Below are positions 1 through 10,688 of a stretch of 64,000 nucleotides of DNA, piece after piece. Position 1 is the first letter of the stretch; each line of letters starts with the position of its first letter. The notes under the pieces are model-generated. The model did not search any database and was not told where the DNA came from. It saw only the letters and a list, made by a program, of their open reading frames with translations. Origin of the DNA: Eledone cirrhosa (taxonomy: Eukaryota); assembly GCA_964016885.1 (NCBI GenBank), contig OZ024741.1, forward strand, positions 25,978,001 through 26,042,000, given 5' to 3'. The translations under genes were made by a program, and so were the position numbers.

Positions 1-1347
1 TCAACCCAGAATGTTGTAAAAGCTATTCCCTCCCTCCGCATCTGGTGATGGGTCTGTCCTCATAGTAATGTTGTAAAGACCATTCCCTCCCTCCACATCT
101 GGTGAAGGGTCTGTCCCCATGATAATGTTGTGAAGACCATCCCCCCCCCTCCACATCTGGTGAAGGGTCTGTCCCCATGACAATGTTGTGAAGACCATTC
201 CCTCCCTCCACATCTGGTGATGAGCCTGTCCCCATGACAATGTTGTGAAGACCATTCCCCCCCTCTCCACATCTGGTGAAGGGTCTGTCCCCATGACAAT
301 GTTGTGAAGACCATTCCCTCCCTCCACATCTGGTGAAGGGTCTGTCCCCATGATAATGTTGTGAAGACCATTCCCTCCCTCCACATCTGGTGAAGGGTCT
401 GTCCCCATGATAATGTTGTGAAGACCATTCCCTCCCTCCACATCTGGTGATGAGCCTGTCCCCATGATAATGTTGTGAAGACCATTCCCTCCCTCCACAT
501 CTGGTGATGAGCCTGTCCCCATGACAATGTTGTGAAGACCATTCCCTCCCTCCACATCTGGTGATGAGCCTGTCCCCATGACAATGTTGTGAAGACCATT
601 CCCTCCCTCCACATCTGGTGAAGGGTCTGTCCCCATGATAATGTTGTGAAGACCATCCCCCCCCCTCCACTACTGGTGAAGGGTCTGTCCCCATGACAAT
701 GTTGTGAAGACCATTCCCTCCCTCCACATCTGGTGATGAGCCTGTCCCCATGACAATGTTGTGAAGACCATTCCCCCCCCTCCACTTCTGGTGAAGGGTC
801 TGTCCCCATGACAATGTTGTGAAGACCATTCCCCCCCCTCCACATCTGGTGATGAGCCTGTCCCCATGATAATGTTGTGAAGACCATTCCCCCCCCCCTC
901 CACATCTGGTGATGAGCCTGTCCCCATGATAATGTTGTGAAGACCATTCCCCCCCCCTCCACATCTGGTGATGAGCCTGTCCCCATGACAATGTTGTGAA
1001 GACCATTCCCCCCCCCCCTCCACTTCTGGTGAAGGGTCTGTCCCCATGACAATGTTGTGAAGACCATTCCCCCCCCCCTCCACATCTGGTGATGAGCCTG
1101 TCCCCATGATAATGTTGTGAAGACCATTCCCCCCCCCCCCCTCCACATCTGGTGATGAGCCTGTCCCCATGACAATGTTGTGAAGACCATTCCCCCCCCC
1201 CCTCCACATCTGGTGATGAGCCTGTCCCCATGACAATGTTGTGAAGACCATTCCCCCCCTCTCCACATCTGGTGAAGAGTCTGTCCCCATGACAATGTTG
1301 TGAAGACCATTCCCTCCCTCCACATCTGGTGATGGGTCTGTTCTCAT
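1..1347. repeat. ~57-bp minisatellite (about 23 units) with a variable-length poly-C tract
   Basis: Unit CCACATCTGGTGAAGGGTCTGTCCCCATGATAATGTTGTGAAGACCATTCCCTCCCT is repeated head-to-tail. Two variant types occur (GAAGGGTCTG and GATGAGCCTG). The C-run length varies, so units run from 57 to about 62 bp. Confidence 0.97.
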
Positions 1348-1405
1348 ATATCCCTAAACACTAATAACAGATGTTCTACAGTTCCACCATAGTTGAGAAC
1401 CACTA
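1..1405. mobile_element. Probable hAT/Charlie-type non-autonomous element enclosing the 57-bp minisatellite
   Basis: GTTGAGAACCACTA at 1392-1405 is the reverse complement of a hAT-type terminus (C/T)AGTGGTTCTCAAC. The window starts with TCAAC, which fits the inner end of the matching left TIR cut by the window edge. Confidence 0.45.
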
Positions 1406-1524
1406 AAATTAAAGTGTCAGTCATTACAATGTCTGAGGCTAGGAACCAACATTGTTAGATATTTTCAGAGTTTTACTCAGAAATATTATCTTCCTAAAAT
1501 GGCTGCTGTCAAAAGTTGAGTGAT

Positions 1525-1812
1525 TTTGGTTGTTGTTGATGTTACTATTGTTGTTACTGTTGCTGTTACTATTGTTGTTGTTACTATAGTTGTTGCTACT
1601 GAATCCTCAATGCTTAAATTTTCTCTTATTTTTCAATCATTGTATTGGTTCCCCCTCAACTCATGGTGTTACTTACACTACTACTACTACCATCACCACC
1701 ACTACTACTACCATCACAACCACCACTACTACTACAACTACTACTACTACCATCACTACCACCACTACTACTACTACTACCACCACCATCACTACTACTA
1801 CTACTGTCACCA
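1525..1812. repeat. Trinucleotide microsatellites (GTT)n and (ACT/ACC)n
   Basis: Low-complexity triplet runs at about 1525-1600 and 1677-1812. Confidence 0.9.
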
Positions 1813-2430
1813 CTGCTCTGTGAGGCTGGAGTGAGAACCAGAAGTTGGAGTGTGTTGGAAAGTGAGACTCTGTGCAGGACACTATCTAGGACCTCATTAT
1901 CCAATATAATGGTTTCTGGTTTAGGCACAAAGCCAGTAATAAGTGGTGGTGGTGGTAATGGTTGTGTTGTTGTTGGTGGTGGTAATGATGATGGTAGTAA
2001 TGGGGGAGGGATGCAGTGGTGGTGGTGTTATCCCCCACTATACAATGTTACCCTCTACCCCACCCCCATACTAAAACTATGACACATCATCTTAGTTTTG
2101 TTACCCCCCCCCCCTTATCATATTGGCCATATCTTTCTTTCCCTGCTTAATACAGACTACTTCTTATCTATTAATCTGATAGGTCTCCCCTGCCACCTCC
2201 ACCTATGTATTTGTGTGTGTGTGTGTGTATAACCCCCCTCCCCCCACTCTCAAGCAAACCTAATACCAACACTGTTCGTACTACACTCTTTGTTATTGTT
2301 TTTGTTTTTTACTTTTACTTATATATATAGGAAAATGTTTGACTCCAGCAACAGAGCTCAAGCCGTTTTGACGGCTATTTCTGGACGTCATATATCTATA
2401 TATATATACTTACATATGTATATATATCTA

Positions 2431-2625
2431 CCATCATCATCATTTAACATGTATTTTCCATGCTAGCATGGGTTAGATGGGTTGTTTCATTTGAGGCAAG
2501 TTGGGTCAGGTGACCATGTGTTGCTCATACAGAACTGTTTCTTGCTTGGTTTCTACAGCTGGATGCTCTTCCTAATGCCAACCAGATTTACAGTAAGTAC
2601 AGGGTGCTTTTTATTGTGACTCCTA
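2431..2625 (-). mobile_element. Short interspersed repeat with an RTE-type 3' tail ending in (TGA)n
   Basis: CATCATCAT-TTAAC...TTCCATGCTAGCATGGGTTAGATGG...GGATGC.CTTCCTAA. A closely related copy is at 10688-10900. Tail-only copies are at about 6790-6840, 7850-7880, 14940-14997 and 20241-20296, and at the end of the RTE fragment at 22810. Confidence 0.65.
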
Positions 2626-2850
2626 CTCGAAGTTCAATGCTAAAAAGTACTTTATTAACAAAGCTGTGATACATATTTCATTGGCAATTGTAGCTACAAC
2701 CAGTCACGTGATATCATCAGACAGCAGCTTATGTAATATGGTTACGTTTCCGAGGTAATCCAGTCTACTAAAGAAAAGGGAATGAACTTCAGCTATGAAG
2801 ATATCATTTCTGTCCGTAAGGAATTTATCTGTAAACTGACAAGATAATAA

Positions 2851-2899
2851 ACACCTTTAATCGATTTTCAGGTCCAATTGGACCCTCATCAGAAGACAT
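2851..2899 (-). ncRNA. Minimal type I hammerhead ribozyme motif (Penelope-type)
   Basis: The minus strand reads ATGTCTT-CTGATGA-GGGTCC-AATT-GGACCT-GAA-AATCGATT-A-AAGGTGT. This gives an intact CUGAUGA/GAAA core, a 6-bp stem II, a palindromic stem III, a UUA cleavage triplet and a 7-bp stem I with three GU pairs. Confidence 0.8.
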
Positions 2900-3012
2900 G
2901 TATATCATCCAATCAACCACAAAGAAACATATATGTGATGGGTGTATATACCTATTTCCTCTTAGTATTATTCTGAAATGGATGTACAAATCTGTATATA
3001 ATTCGCACTTGT

Positions 3013-3051
<39 letters not shown>

Positions 3052-3052
<1 letters not shown>

Positions 3053-3553
3053 TAGCTGAGGTACCCAGTAATACCCAGGAATGGGGGTATTCCCAGTTCC
3101 CATTAAAATGCCCAATACCTCTCAGACCAAAAATGAAATCAACATATAGGACAGTTAATCAAAAGCAAAGACAAATTCATTTACAAAACAATAATCCAAA
3201 CAAATATTGTTGATTGCATTGGTCAGGCAAAAAGATGTTGAGTGTTGCTATAAGGGAAAAAATAGAACCCCCCATTAGGGGATTTCATTGCTGAAATTTT
3301 GTGAATAGGTATCATATCTTGTCATTTACATATGGTTTAAATTTCATATAAACCGATGGGAAAAAATTAAGCGGAAGCTCTCAGCAGGGGTTTGAACCCC
3401 TGGGGAACCCTTTGCTTAAAATGAAATATACGTAAGAAATCAAATGGGCATGAGCCCCACACATGTGTCAAGTTTTATGAAGATCGGTTTTGTAGTTTTT
3501 TGAGATTTAGGTTCACAAACAAACAGACAGAGATTGCCATTTATGTATATAGA
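3052..3553 (-). mobile_element. Non-autonomous Helitron (~500 bp)
   Basis: The minus strand begins TC(TATATACATAAA...CTGTCTGTTTGTTTG) and ends CAGCTAG. It is inserted between A and T in a TA tract. A decayed GC hairpin (CCTGG-GTATTA-CTGGG) lies just before the 3' CTAG. Confidence 0.75.
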
Positions 3554-3570
3554 TATATGTGTGTTTATTA

Positions 3571-3672
3571 CTCGAGACGCCATCCATGAACTGAGATGTC
3601 TTATGTTCAGAAAAATTATTTGTGAACTGATTTGTTCATGATGAGAGGAGTTCATGAACTAAGGCTCCACTG
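3571..3672. mobile_element. One end of a pogo/Tigger-like DNA transposon remnant
   Basis: The segment ends ...GTTCATGAACTAAGGCTCCACTG (reverse complement CAGTGGAGCCTTAG), which resembles Tigger-type termini. No partner TIR was seen. Confidence 0.35.
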
Positions 3673-4110
3673 TGTGTGTGTGTGTGTGGATAGATAGATA
3701 GATAGATAAGTCACTGTATATTTAAGAAAATATATTTTCACTAGTTCTGACAGACAGTTGGCAGGTGAACAGTGAATTGCATTGATGAAGAGTAATACAC
3801 AGAAACATTAGTGTCTGCAGTTATGTTTACATGCTAACACATGAGCAAAGATAAAGGGCTCATTCTACTGACATGGCTTTAAAAAAGAGGCTGTTTGCAT
3901 AATTGCAAACGAATCGAATATTATTATTAGTATTCGAAAACTCAGATTACATTTATATATATATATGCATCAAGGAAACGAAAATCAAGATGATGCAATA
4001 ACATACGGTTGTATTAGTTTCAAGCTTTGAGGAAGAGTGAGTTAGATATATATATATATATATATATACAAAGTGTTAAAATGATCAAATTTTAGTTTAG
4101 AACATTTATT

Positions 4111-4157
4111 TGCTGACAATTTTTTCTTCCAGAGGGAAGTCTGGAATCATCGGAGCA
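4111..4157 (-). ncRNA. Minimal hammerhead-like motif, copy with a damaged stem III
   Basis: Inverted copy of 4527-4573 in which stem III ACAATTGT has changed to AAAATTGT. Confidence 0.5.
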
Positions 4158-4526
4158 TAGGGAATGTCAAAACATGTGACTAAAATCCTAGTCATTCAGA
4201 ACATTTAGAATACATAAGTGTTGTTAGTGTCATAGACATCATGTGGAGAGTCAGGAGTTAAAAAGATGTTATGCTTGAGAGAACACAATTACTGGCAGCA
4301 CTGGCTGAAAGTGTAAGAGGTATAAGTAAAAAGTACAGGCAAAAAAGTTATAAGCAAGGAAAAATGTGGGATAGGATAGACATAAGATATCTTAACATTG
4401 GAGAACAGTTAATGTTATGGGTGTACAATGCAGGAGTCAATACAATCAATAAGGGACTAACAACACTTATGTATCTTAAATATTCTAAATGACTAGGATT
4501 TTAGTCACATGTTTTGACATTCCCTA

Positions 4527-4573
4527 TGCTCCGATGATTCCAGACTTCCCTCTGGAAGAAACAATTGTCAGCA
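4527..4573 (+). ncRNA. Minimal type I hammerhead motif, U4C core variant
   Basis: TGCT-CCGATGA-TTCCAGA-CTTCCC-TCTGGAA-GAA-ACAATTGT-C-AGCA gives a 4-bp stem I, a 7-bp stem II, a palindromic stem III and a GUC triplet. The core is CCGAUGA instead of CUGAUGA, and the stem II closing pair is U-A. Confidence 0.65.
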
Positions 4574-4601
4574 AATAAATGTTCTAAACTAAAATTTGAT
4601 C

Positions 4602-5092
4602 AGAGAGTATTGAAGTTTGCTTGAAGCATTGTGGAATAATAAGGTAAATTTCTTTAAGACGTTTGAAAGCCTCGACAATGCAGATGGGTAAATCTCCGGG
4701 TAACAGGATCCGGTGGTAGAGAGAGAGATGTAAGTGGGTGTACGTTGAGATGCGTGACGTGTATAAGACGTGTAGAGGAATGAAGGATAGAGCGTAAAGG
4801 ATAAAAATAAAAATAACACGAGAGAGAGTTACCTTGGGAGAGATTTAATTGTCCCTATATATTTCGGATTCACATCCATCAACTGGAGGTATTTTCCGGG
4901 GTGGGGGAAAGGTTGTCTGTCAGAAAGGTGCAAAACGTGTCCTCCGCTGTTGAATATCTGAGGTATTCGCAGAGCGCGCGTGCGCGTGAAATGGGGTCGG
5001 TCAGGCAGAGGTCAGCGGCCGAAGTAGATCTTTCAATTGTGGGAGTGGGGTGGCGCTAGTTGTCAGTCCGTTCTCTGCCTGTTTGTTGAATG

Positions 5093-5129
<37 letters not shown>

Positions 5130-5550
5130 GTTGTTGCCTTGTTCCTCTGTATTGGCAGTGTAGTATGTTCGTATGGTGGAATGCTACTGTGTGCGTGTGT
5201 TGCTGTATCGTTTGTTAACTTAAACCAACCACCACATTTCGCTTCTCTCGGATCGGTTGTTTAATTGTGGCCCTAGGCGTTTGATCCAAAGTGCTTCCTT
5301 GATACGTAACGAGCCAACGTTTCTTTCTGTCGCTAGAATTGTGACAATGGGCCTTCCGTCTTTGTTTCCGCATTTGGCTATGTGTTTCTGGAAAGACGAG
5401 GCCCTGGTTTTAGTGTGTTCCTTGATCCGGATGTGCAACGGCCGGATTGTGCTACCTATATAGTATTGGTTGCACTTGTTACATTCTATCTTATACACAA
5501 CGTATGTGCGTAGGCAACAGTTCGCATGGCGCATCAGGCAGTCTCAGTCT
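4602..5550 (-). mobile_element. 5'-truncated Penelope-like retroelement with a 13-bp target-site duplication
   Basis: Flanked by the direct repeat CTAAAATTTGATC (4589-4601 and 5551-5563). It contains the GIY-YIG coding end followed by about 600 bp of 3' sequence. Confidence 0.85.
5220..5534 (-). pseudogene. GIY-YIG endonuclease domain of a Penelope-like element (truncated ORF end)
   Basis: VVYKIECNKCNQYYIGSTIRPLHIRIKEH...KH...LRIKEALWIKRLGPQLN contains the VVY/YIG motifs, the conserved R, E and N residues, and the CxxC...H...H pattern typical of PLE endonucleases. Confidence 0.9.
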
Positions 5551-5711
5551 CTAAAATTTGATCGTTTTAACACTTTGTATCTCAGCTCTGTAAAACACTT
5601 GATAATTTGCATTGAGCCTTTTGTCATACCGGTAACCAGCTAGTACTTAGTACTACCCTCCATATTTATAATTGTATTAAACATATATAAATATAAATAT
5701 TCTTACTACTA

Positions 5712-6705
5712 TATATATATATGTTTCTTTTATTTGCCACCAGGGCATCAAAAGTGGGACAAGTACAATGGGGGGAGTTTACAAAACAAGGCGTCCTCAA
5801 TAAGGAGGAGGCAATAACAATATATAAAAATAAAATAAAATATAACAAAAAATAAAATTTATAACAAAGTCCTCAATAGAGAGGAGGTGCCTTGGGGGGT
5901 CGCACACACCCCCGAAAAAAAGTGTGCAACCCTTTTCCTCAGGAGCACAGAGAAGGGGTGCTCCCTTGGTCTTTCATCTTCCTCACCTATAGTCTGATGT
6001 AGAGTGAAGGCCCATTCACACGGGCCATTCTCGCCACTTTCACCCATCTTTCATAAAAACGGCTGGGGTGCAGCACCTCTCTCTCCATCCTGATCCTTCT
6101 TCCGAAATGATATCGGAAGAAACGGACCAGTTGTTGGCCAGAGAGAAAGGTGTCTGACCTCAGTCCTTTCAGACGCGTCCACCATACAACCTCTTTCGCC
6201 ATGGCTATTACGCACAGAAACACCGCCTCTTCTTCGTTTTTGAAGAGGGGAGGCGGCTTGATCATTACAATAGACTCGGTGGTCAACCGGATCGGTCCCA
6301 CCCTTGACAGCAGTTGTTCGACATAGCCCCACAGATCGGCAATGCCCGAGCAGTGTACCAATGCGTGTGCAACGGTTTCCTCGTCGCACACGCATCTGGG
6401 ACAGATCTTTTTCGAGGGGTCCCTACCCGGGCGCCCGTGTCTGTAGAGCCTTTCTCGAACGGGCAGAGCCCTTCTGTAGCATTGCCAGGCCAGGGACCTC
6501 TGGAAGTTATCCATAGGTCCCGGGCTGAATGTCCTACCGAACAGGTTGGCCAGTTCGTCTTCCTCCATGCCTAGGGCTTCTCCGAGGGCGTCGTCGCACC
6601 TGCTAACCACCAGCCCTCTATAGAATGTTGCGGTGGAGTCTCCACTGACAGCCGGGTCCGCCTGCCAGAGAGCTGTGAGCGCCTGGGCACACTCGGTGTG
6701 CCAGG
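5712..6705 (-). mobile_element. 5'-truncated L1/Tx1-clade LINE: ORF2 C-terminus (5987-~6700) with CCHC zinc knuckle, plus 3' UTR
   Basis: Translation ...LAWQCYRRALPVRERL...CPRCVCDEETVAHALVHC...LW is zf-RVT-like. The 3' UTR ends AATAAAAGAAAC followed by (TA)n. Confidence 0.85.
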
Positions 6706-6864
6706 TGCTGGAAAAGCCCCATCCAATGCAGATGCCTTAACAATCCCTCATCTTTCTTATTTCATTACCTCTGTTCTCTCCTTTATAGATACCCATGCTA
6801 GCGTGGAAGAACGGACATAAAATGGTGATGATGATGATGATATATATATATATGTATATATATA

Positions 6865-7650
6865 TAATAATGAAATATTGTGTACAGTGCTCAGGTACAC
6901 TACAACTCATCAAAAAGTGTATGTATAGTACATAGGGTAATGTACAAACGTCAGGAAAATGAACAGTGCATGAGTCATGATACACACGTGTGCATGTGTA
7001 TGGAAGGGGTACATCACGTGTAGTTTTGGCGAATTTCGGGAAGCATCAGGGTTTTAAAGGATGCAGTGTCTCGGCAGCTAACAACTGACGCAGGCAGTTT
7101 GTTCCATGCTTCAGCAACTCTAAGCGTGAAAAAATGTTTACGAAAGTCATGGGAGCTGTGCTGTTTTCTGATTTTGTAGGCATGTCCACGTGTGTTAGAC
7201 ACATGGAGATCAAAAAGGTGCTCAGGGTTGTTGTTGGCGAGATGGTTAATAACTTTGTGGGTGTTTACCAAGTCCATTGCCAGACGGAGCTTCAATGAAT
7301 CCATGTCCAGGGAAGCAAGGCGTTCAGAGCATGGTAGATGCCTGATGGAGGGTATGCGCTTGGTTGCATGTCTCTGAACAGTTTCCAGGTGGTCAATGTT
7401 CTGAGCAAGATAGGGGTTCCAGACTGATGATGCGAATTCCAAGTGTGGTCGTACCATAGCTGTATACAGCTTTAAATAGATGGCTGGAGAGCGGCTAACA
7501 AAGGTCTTGCTGAGTGATGCCAAGACACCTTCAGCCTTCTTGACAATCTTAGAGACATGCTTTGTCCAATGCAAATCACTGCTGATAGTAATGCCCAGGT
7601 CACGTTCACAAGAGGACTTCTTGATATCAGTGTTGTTGAGGGAGTATGTA
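6865..7650 (-). mobile_element. 5'-truncated CR1-clade LINE (ORF2 C-terminus 7014-~7650 and 3' UTR)
   Basis: Translation ERDLGITISSDLHW...LYTAMVRPHLEFASSVWNP...LETVQRHATK...TRGH...FFTLRVAEAWNKLP matches hallmark CR1/L2-group C-terminal motifs. TA tracts flank it on both sides. Confidence 0.9.
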
Positions 7651-7726
7651 TTTATATATGTATATATATGTAATATATATATATATATGTATTTATATAT
7701 ATATATGTAATATATATATATATATG

Positions 7727-7776
<50 letters not shown>

Positions 7777-7959
7777 GTACTCTGTTGAGTAATGGTCTAT
7801 CCAGTTTCAAACTGAATCCATCCTGAATTATATATATATCAGCATCAACATCATTTTGCATCCGCTTTTCCATGCTTGCAGGTCTTTCTAAGCACAGCAT
7901 CTCTCCACTTGTCACGTCCTCTGCCAGTCGATGTATATACATAGACTGGCAGAGGTTGT

Positions 7960-8015
<56 letters not shown>

Positions 8016-8594
8016 TACGCACACATGTATATGTGCCTATATATATATTGGGTATATGTCTGAATGTTTAGTGTATCATCTGAGCTACATACACACTGCC
8101 GCTACATACACACTACCCCCTACATACACACTACCCCCTATATCTCCACACTGCCCCTATATCTGGCCACAGTGCCGATATGGTGGTGGTGGTGGCCACA
8201 GTGCTTGTAGGGTGGTGTGGTGGTGGTGGTGGAAGTAGCAGCAACACTGATGGGGTGGTGGTGATGTTTCTAATGACTCACCATAAGGGGATCTGCAATC
8301 CTTAAGTTTGTTAACATAAAGTTAAGCTTCTTTAACTAAACAATAGAGCTATCCCTTCAACTTCAAAGCCCCAGAAGGGATCTCTACATGGTCATTTAGC
8401 TGGCTAAAAATAGCAACAAAATATCTCTCAAATCACAGTAATTTGTTATTGTTATAGAACACACTATCATGTGCTTAATGAGCCTCCTACAATGTTACAC
8501 CTCATAGCAAACCCCCTGTTTATTGAATAGTACAACACGGCACTATGACTGCATTACATTAAACATGTTTCTAACTTTATCCATGAGCTTGGCT

Positions 8595-8690
8595 GGTCCG
8601 CTTGGAGATCGAACCAGATCAGTTGAAGATGGTTGATTCTGACAGGACCTGCTGGAAGGACTGTTTCAGAACTCTGCCCCCATGACACTC
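8595..8690. repeat. Unclassified dispersed repeat, second copy at about 19895-19975
   Basis: CCAGATCAGTTG(A/G)AGA(T/C)GGTTGATTCTG...CTGGAAGGA.TGTTT.AG.ACTCTG.CCC occurs at both places. Confidence 0.6.
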
Positions 8691-8857
8691 ACAGGAATAA
8701 GACAAAGAAAAAGAATTTTGAGGGATTTACTAAGACAGTAACTTAATGTAAGGTTCTCATATAAAATTGTTGGAAGATTTTAGTTTATATTGGAAACCTT
8801 TAAAATGGGTGGTTTTATTTCATAGAACCAGAGCTGGTTTGGGCTGGGTTGGTAACT

Positions 8858-9523
8858 AAAGGGTTAAAAGACAACCTCATCTGTTGGTGTGTCTGAAGGA
8901 ACCTCTTCTCTCATGTTTGATATCTAAAGAGTTAAAAGACAACCTCATCTGTTGGTGTGTCTGAAGGAACCTCTTCTCTCATGTTTGATATCTAAAGAGT
9001 TAAAAGACCATGTCATCTGCTGCTGTGTCTGAAGGAACCTCTTCTCTCATGTTTGATATCTAAAGAGTTAAAAGACAACCTCATCTGTTGGTGTGTCTGA
9101 AGGAACCTCTTCTCTCATGTTTGATATCTAAAGAGTTAAAAGACCACGTCATCTGCTGCTGTGTCTGAAGAAACCTCTTCTCTCATGTTTGATATCTAAA
9201 GAGTTAAAAGACCACGTCATCTGCTGCTGTGTCTGAAGAAACCTCTTCTCTCATGTTTGATATCTAAAGAGTTAAAAGACCACGTCATCTGCTGCTGTGT
9301 CTGAAGAAACCTCTTCTCTCATGTTTGATATCTAAAGAGTTAAAAGACCACGTCATCTGCTGCTGTGTCTGAAGAAACCTCTTCTCTCATGTTTGATATC
9401 TAAAGAGTTAAAAGACCACGTCATCTGCTGCTGTGTCTGAAGAAACCTCTTCTCTCATGTTTGATATCTAAAGAGTTAAAAGACCACGTCATCTGCTGCT
9501 GTGTCTGAAGAAACCTCTTCTCT
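8858..9523. repeat. 68-bp minisatellite, about 10 units
   Basis: Unit AAAGAGTTAAAAGACCACGTCATCTGCTGCTGTGTCTGAAGAAACCTCTTCTCTCATGTTTGATATCT, with unit starts at 8858, 8926, 8994 and so on. Confidence 0.95.
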
Positions 9524-9954
9524 TGGGAAATCTTTAACAAATGTAATCTTAATTAGTATTATCAAATTATGGAAGATTACTGTAGCCATTCCTTTCAAGA
9601 ACTTTTATATAATTGTGTGTAGGTAAGTTGCATATGCATGGATGTGTGTGTGTATATGTATGTGTGTGTGTGCATCAGCATGATGTGTGATTGTGTATGT
9701 GTGTGTGCATGTGCATCAGCATGATGTATGTGTGTATATGTATGTGTGTATGTGCATCAGCATGATGTGTGTGTGTATGGGTGCATATTCATGGATATAT
9801 GTGTGTGTGTGGTAATCGGCCTGTATGTAGTATATAAACTGTGTGTGTCTTGCTGGGTGGAGTGGAGGGATTGGGGCTGCTTCCTAATTATTTTGTTACA
9901 TGAAGTATAACAGATTATGGCAACCCCAACAATGTAGAAACAGTAACACCACTG

Positions 9955-10590
9955 GCGGTGGTGGTGTAGTGGTGGTGGTGGTGTTGGTGGTGTAGTGGTG
10001 GTGGTGGTGCTGGTGGTGGTAGTGGTGGTGGTGGCGGCAGTGGTGGTGTTGGAAGCAGGTTTCCTATAGAGGACAAACTAGGAGAGACAGAGAAAGGTGA
10101 TGGTGGGGTTTGATATAGGGGAGAGAGAGAGAGGTGGTGGTTTAAGAATATCTTCCTCTCTCCCTCTTCCAACCATTATGTAACATTGTTCTTCTTTCAA
10201 ATCCAATAAACCTTTACCAGATGTTGTTATCTGATAAATGGAAGATTCCATCATCGTTGCCATCATAATTGTCATCATCATCATTGTCATCATCATCACA
10301 CCATCACCATTGCCACCACCACCATCCCCATTATCACCATCACCACAACCACCACCATCCCCATTGCCACCACCATCACATCACTACCACCACCATCCCC
10401 ATTACCATCACCATTATCATCATCACCATTGCCACCACCATCATTGCCACCACCATCATCACCATTGCCATCATCATCATTGTCAACATCACCATTGCCA
10501 CCACCATCATCACCATTGCCATCATCATCATTGTCAACATCACCATTGTCACCTTCACCAATGCCACCTTCATCATCATTGTCATCATGG
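9955..10590. repeat. (GGT)n and (CAT/CAC)n microsatellite blocks
   Basis: A GGT run at about 9955-10050 and a CAT/CAC run at about 10250-10590. Confidence 0.9.
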
Positions 10591-10655
10591 ATTAGAAAGA
10601 TAGCGAGTACGAAGAAGGAACGGAAAACAATTTTTGAGAAAAAGCCTGAATTGTT

Positions 10656-10687
<32 letters not shown>

Positions 10688-10688
<1 letters not shown>

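Larger units (their letters stand above)
4067..4601. mobile_element. Penelope-like pseudo-LTR remnant in inverted arrangement; right arm resumes at 5564-5580
   Basis: About 4067-4232 is the reverse complement of about 4455-4601 plus 5564-5580. Each arm carries a hammerhead-type motif pointing outward. Confidence 0.7.

Noticed and set aside
1-1347. Minus-strand repeat-protein ORFs (200-420 aa)
   Set aside because: The frame shifts with each change in poly-C length, so all three frames give the same mosaic peptides.
2331-2390. Candidate exon after a T-rich tract (MFDSSNRAQAVLTAISG)
   Set aside because: No recognisable homology and no convincing donor; it runs into TA repeats.
5544-5546. In-frame TGA just upstream of the GIY-YIG ORF as possible selenocysteine
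   Set aside because: It lies in a 6-bp junction duplication (AGACTG AGACTG) at the truncation point, is not clearly at a conserved Cys position, and I could not identify a SECIS element.
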